In this document: in pieces, positions 59,242 to 64,000 of the stretch | Position numbering within the stretch: position 1 is the stretch's first letter | How the letters are laid out: the number at the start of each line of letters is the position of its first letter | Assembly (NCBI RefSeq): GCF_947568905.1 | Contig: NC_079165.1 | Coordinates: forward strand, 7,502,001-7,566,000 | Origin: Ostrea edulis | Lineage: Eukaryota | Length of the DNA stretch: 64,000 bases | Direction: 5' to 3' | Notes under the pieces: model-generated | The model's input: only the letters and a program-made list of their open reading frames with translations | Databases searched by the model: none | Told to the model about the DNA's origin: nothing | Position numbers and translations under genes: made by a program

Positions 59242-59984
59242 GTTGTGTTAATGTGATAAGCATGGAGCGCCAAATTAACATAAAGTAAAGTATAATTAAA
59301 GATATTTTTAATTATTTGAAAATATCGTCGATTCATTTGATGCGCACAATTCAATGAAAAAATCTCAATTACTGCATACATTAATTGAATCATGCATTGA
59401 TAGCATTAATTATTCTGCTCTGCTGCACTAATGAGCGCTACATAATTGAACTCTTGCTTTGAAAATGAATTGATGCGCGAGAGAATTCAATTGAAGAGAG
59501 CGATAATTCAATTAATGCGCGCAATAATGCAATCAATGCTCACAATAGTTCAAATTATTGCTCTCTTCAATTGAATTAATGATCGATATCATTAATCCTA
59601 TCGATGCGCACGATAATCCCAGAGAGCAACTAGAGATATCTTTGCAACAACTGAACTGGTGATATCTTGAAATAATTAAAGCAATAACACGAATTAATGA
59701 CGAAGTGGGATAGGTACGGTCTCGCTTTCCTCGTAATTTTTTTTTTTTTTTAGAATTGTTATAAGTATATGTGTAAATTATAAGAACCCTCTTTCATTTT
59801 CTGCGGTACTGTATTCTACATATACTACTGTTTCGTTCCGATTAGGTGTCAGTGAAGTTAAGGGTAATATTTCTCCTTTATTGTCTTGTCTCGCTTTCCT
59901 CTGAAGGTCTAAAACATTGTGCTGTCTGAATATCGAACATTTTGCATAATTTTAAAATGCATGAATAATAGATCGGTAAAGCTG

Positions 59985-60131
59985 GCTACTAGTAACCAGC
60001 TACTAGTAACTGGTTGCTTAAAAAGAGAAAAGTTGGCTACTAGTAGCCAGCTACTTGAACCAGGAAAAGTTAGCTACTAGTAGCCAGCTACTAAAAGTAA
60101 GAAAAATTAGCAACTCGTAGCCAGCTACTAC
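59985..60131. repeat. Cluster of palindromic GCTACTAGTAGC motifs
   Basis: 4-5 variants of (AGC)TGGCTACTAGTAGCCAGCT separated by short A-rich spacers. Confidence 0.8.
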
Positions 60132-60409
60132 AAAATAAAAAAGTTATAATTACTGATAGCTCGCTACCAGATAAAGGTTAATGAGTTTGAAAATTATTAT
60201 CTATCAGATTTATTTCTAAAGGGGACGAGGAGTCGTATGAAATTTCATGCTCAATTATCTCCAATTACATAACGTTGCAATGTAAAATACGAATAAACTT
60301 TTTCAACTGAGTGTTTACTTTAAAAGTGATACGGATTGAATTCAGACCTTCAATCATTTGATATACCATCCATTTTGAGATATCTGCTACTTTTACAATT
60401 TGATTCGAG

Positions 60410-63400
60410 TTACCCTGAAATTTCAACATAAGTGTGAATACCGTAAGAAACTTTATGTTTGACTTTATGTTTGTATTAGATATCTGACGAATTTACGACT
60501 ATGCATATGGCAAGAAGTGATAGATGGTGTTTTGGTACACCACGAATTTTCAGATATCGCCCTTTAGGAAATCAGTTACTTATACATTTTGATTATCGGT
60601 ACAATGAAATTTCAAGATCCGTGTGAATACCTTAAGGAACTCTGTGTTTATATCATATATTTAACTTATTTACAACGATACGTATGGCGAGTAGTGATAT
60701 TGGGTATCGTGATATGTCATCAATTTTCAGAGATCACACTTAAGGAAGTCAGCTACATATACCTTTTCATGGCAGGTAAACTGAAATTTCAAGTTTTTCG
60801 CAAATATCTTAAGGAACTCTGAGTTTGTATTAGATATCTGACTAATTTACAATTATCAAAGTGAAGAAGAGTTATATTAGGTATCTTGACATATGCCATA
60901 CATTTCCAGATATCACGCTTAAGGAAGTCAGCTACTTATACCTTTTGATTGCAGGTAACCTGAAAATTAAAGTTTTTAGAAAATATTTTAAGGAACTCCG
61001 TCTTTGTTTTAAATATCTGATTAATTTACCAATGCACATATGACAAAATCTGATATTAGATATCTTGATATGCCATCAATTTTTAGATATCACGCTTAAG
61101 GAAGTCAGCTACTTATACCTTTTGATTCCAGGTAACCTGAAATTTAAAGTTTTTCATAAATATCTTAAAGAACTCTGTGTTTGTATTAGATATCTGACTA
61201 ATTTACAACTACCCACGTGAAGAGGTGTGATATTAGGTATCTTGATATGCCAACAATTTTCGGATATCATACTTAACGATGTTAGCTACTTATACCTTTT
61301 GATTGCAATTAACCTGAAATTTCAAGTTTTTCATAAATATCTTAAAGAACTCCTTGCTTGTATTAGATATCAGACTAATTTACAACTATCCATGTGAAGT
61401 GGAATGGTATTAGGTATTTTGATATGCCATCAATTTTCAGATATCACCCTTTTGATTCCTGCTAACCTGAAACTTCAAGTTTTTCATAAATATCTCAAGG
61501 AACCCTGTGTTTGTATTAGATATCTGACTAATTTACAGCAATGTATGTGAAGTGGAGTGGTACTAGGTATCTTGATATGCCATTAATTTTGAGATATCAC
61601 TCTTAAGGAAGTCAGCTACTTATACCTTTTGATTGCGGGTAACATGAAATTTCAAGTTTTCTACCAATATTTTAAGGAACTCTGAGTTTGTATTAGATAT
61701 CTGACTAATTTACAATTATCAAAGTGAAGAAGAGTGATATTAGGTATCTTGACATGCCATAAATTTACAGATATCACGCTTAAGGAAGTCAGCTACTTAT
61801 ACCTTTAGATTCCAGGTAACCTGAAATTTCAAGTTTTTCATAAATATCTTTAAAAACTCTGTGTTTGTATTAGATATCTGACTAGTTTACAACTATCCAT
61901 GTGAAGTGGAGTGGTACTAGGTATCTTGATATGCCATCAATTTTCAGATATCACCCTTAAGGAAGTCAGCTACTTATACCTTTTGATTGCAGGTAACTTG
62001 GAATTTCAAGTTTTTCATAAATATCTTAAAGAACTCCTTGTTTGTATTAGATATCAGACTAATTTACAACTATCCATGTGAAGTGGAATGGTATTAGGTA
62101 TTTTGATATGCCATCAATTTTCAGATATCACCCTTTTGATTCCTGCTAACCTGAAACTTCAAGTTTTTCATAAATATCTCAAGGAACCCTGTGTTTGTAC
62201 TAGATATCTGACTAATATACAATTAGCCACGTGAAGAAGACTGATATTAGATGTATTGATATACCATCAATTTTCAGATATCGTGTTTAAGGAAGTTAGC
62301 TACTTATACCTTTTGATTGCAGGTAAACTGAAATTTCAAGTGTTTAGTAAATATTTTGAGGATTTCCGTTTTTGTTTTAGACATCTGATTAATTTACCAA
62401 TGCACCTATGACAAGGAGTTATATCAAGTATCTTGATATGCCTTCATTTTTCAGATATTTAAGGAAGTCAGCTACTTGTACATTTTGATTGCAGGTAATC
62501 TGAAATTTCAAGTTTTTAGAAAATATTTTAAGGAGCTCCGTGTTTGTTTTAGATATCTGATTAATTTACCAATGCGCACATGACAAGGGGTTATATTAGG
62601 TATTTTGATATGCCATCAATTTTCAGATATCACGTTTAAGGAAGTCAGCTACTTATACCATTTGATTCTAGGTAGCCTGAAATTTCAAGTTTTCCGTACA
62701 TATCTTAAGGAACTCTGCGTTTGTATTAGATATATCATAATTTACCATCTCACATATGACAAGGAGTGATATTAAGTATCTTATTATGCCATCAATTTTC
62801 AGATATCACGCTTAAGGAAGTTAGCTACTTAGACCTTTTGATTCCTGGTTGCCTGAAATTTCAAATGTTTTGTAGATATCTTTTAAGGAACTGTGTGTTT
62901 GTATTAGATATCAGACTAATTATTTACTATCCAACTGAAGAGGAGTGATATTAGGTATCTTAATATGCCATAAATTTTCAAATAGATATGTTAGATATCT
63001 GACTAATTTATATTTGCCGATATTACTTGGCTTTGAAGTGTCTTGATATGCAATCAATTTTCAGATATCACGTTCGACGAAGTCAGCTACTTATATCTTT
63101 TGATTCCAGACATCCTGCAATTTAAAGTGTTTTGTATATAGCTTAAGGAACTCTGTGTTTCTGTTAGATATCTGACTAGTAAACTACTATCCACGTGAAG
63201 AGGTATGATAATAGGTATCAAGATACATAATACCACTCCTCTTCACGTGGGGGGTTGTAAGTTAGTCAGATATCTAATACAAACGCAGAGTTCCTCAAGA
63301 TATTTACGGAAAACTTCAAATTTCAGGTTACTTAGAATCAAAAAGTATAAGTAGCTGACTTCCTAAAGGGTGATATCTGAAAATTAACTGTATATCAAGA

Positions 63401-63785
63401 TACTTAATATCACTCCTCTTTATGTGGATAGTTGTAATTTAGTCAGATATCTAATACAAAAGCAGAGTTACTTAAGATATTTATGAAAAAGTTGAAATTT
63501 CAGGTGTCGAGGAATCAAAAGGTATAAGTAGCTGACTTCCTAAAGGGTGATATCTGAAAATTGACGGCATATCAAGATCCCTAATATCACTCCTCTTCAT
63601 GTGGATAGTTGGAACTTAGTCAGATATCGAATACAAACGCAGAATTCCTTAAGATATTTACGGAAAACTTGAAATTTTAGGTTACCTGCAATCAAAAAGT
63701 ATAAGTAGCCGACTTCCTTCAGCGTGATATCTCAAAATTGATGGCATATCAAGATACCTAATATAACTCCTTGTCATATGTGCAC
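60410..63785. repeat. About 177-bp satellite array with orientation switch at 63220/63221
   Basis: GATATCAC motif recurs at about 177-bp spacing (60914, 61091, 61268, 61445); about 15 forward units then about 3 reverse units. Confidence 0.93.
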
Positions 63786-63786
63786 T

Positions 63787-64000
63787 AGTAAATTAATACG
63801 ATCAACACGACAACAGAAGAGGCAAGCTACAGAACAGTATGCCAAAAGAGATAGTGAAGTGAAAAAAAGATGCAAACAGGACAAAAGAGACTATGTGGAA
63901 CATCAGGCACAGCAAGCAGAAAGTGCATGTGGGAAAGGTGATATCAAATTCCTATACAATATCACAAGACAATTAGGAGGCAGATCATCAAATAGCAACA
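63787..64000 (+). mobile_element. Non-LTR retrotransposon (RTE-like) ORF fragment running off the window
   Basis: Open frame RSTRQQKRQATEQYAKRDSEVKKRCKQDKRDYVEHQAQQAESACGKGDIKFLYNITRQLGG, resembling the EN-RT linker (EVK...DKR...A..AE.A...GD...LY.IT..L.G) of RTE elements; from recall. Confidence 0.6.

Overview
AT-rich animal genomic DNA, most likely an oyster-like bivalve (inferred from recalled repeat families, not from a search). Three host genes can be fully reconstructed with GT-AG junctions and continuous frame. (1) An SLC5A7/CHT1-like sodium:solute symporter on the minus strand (9 coding exons, 20114 to 2134, 527 aa). (2) An intronless HPF1 with an N-terminal PBZ zinc finger on the plus strand (21983-23248, 421 aa). 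(3) A cytochrome b5-fused front-end fatty acyl desaturase on the minus strand (12 exons, 55109 to 27080, 433 aa). The introns and flanks are packed with mobile DNA. Three CAG(G/A)G-terminated elements each have a 5-bp TSD: one encodes a spliced hAT transposase with one frameshift, and one is a 5.85-kb nest holding a Helentron-type element and an intact spliced pogo DD35D transposase with a PHD-like finger. There is also a complete 363-bp TRIM whose LTRs contain a tRNA-derived Pol III promoter (Helenus type, 4-bp TSD) plus a solo LTR, several MITEs and SINEs, and a decayed Tc1 whose conserved motifs appear to have seeded two minisatellites. A 6-kb three-monomer satellite carries TTAGGGTTA, and a 177-bp satellite has a fold-back inversion. 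All alignments and counts were done by eye.
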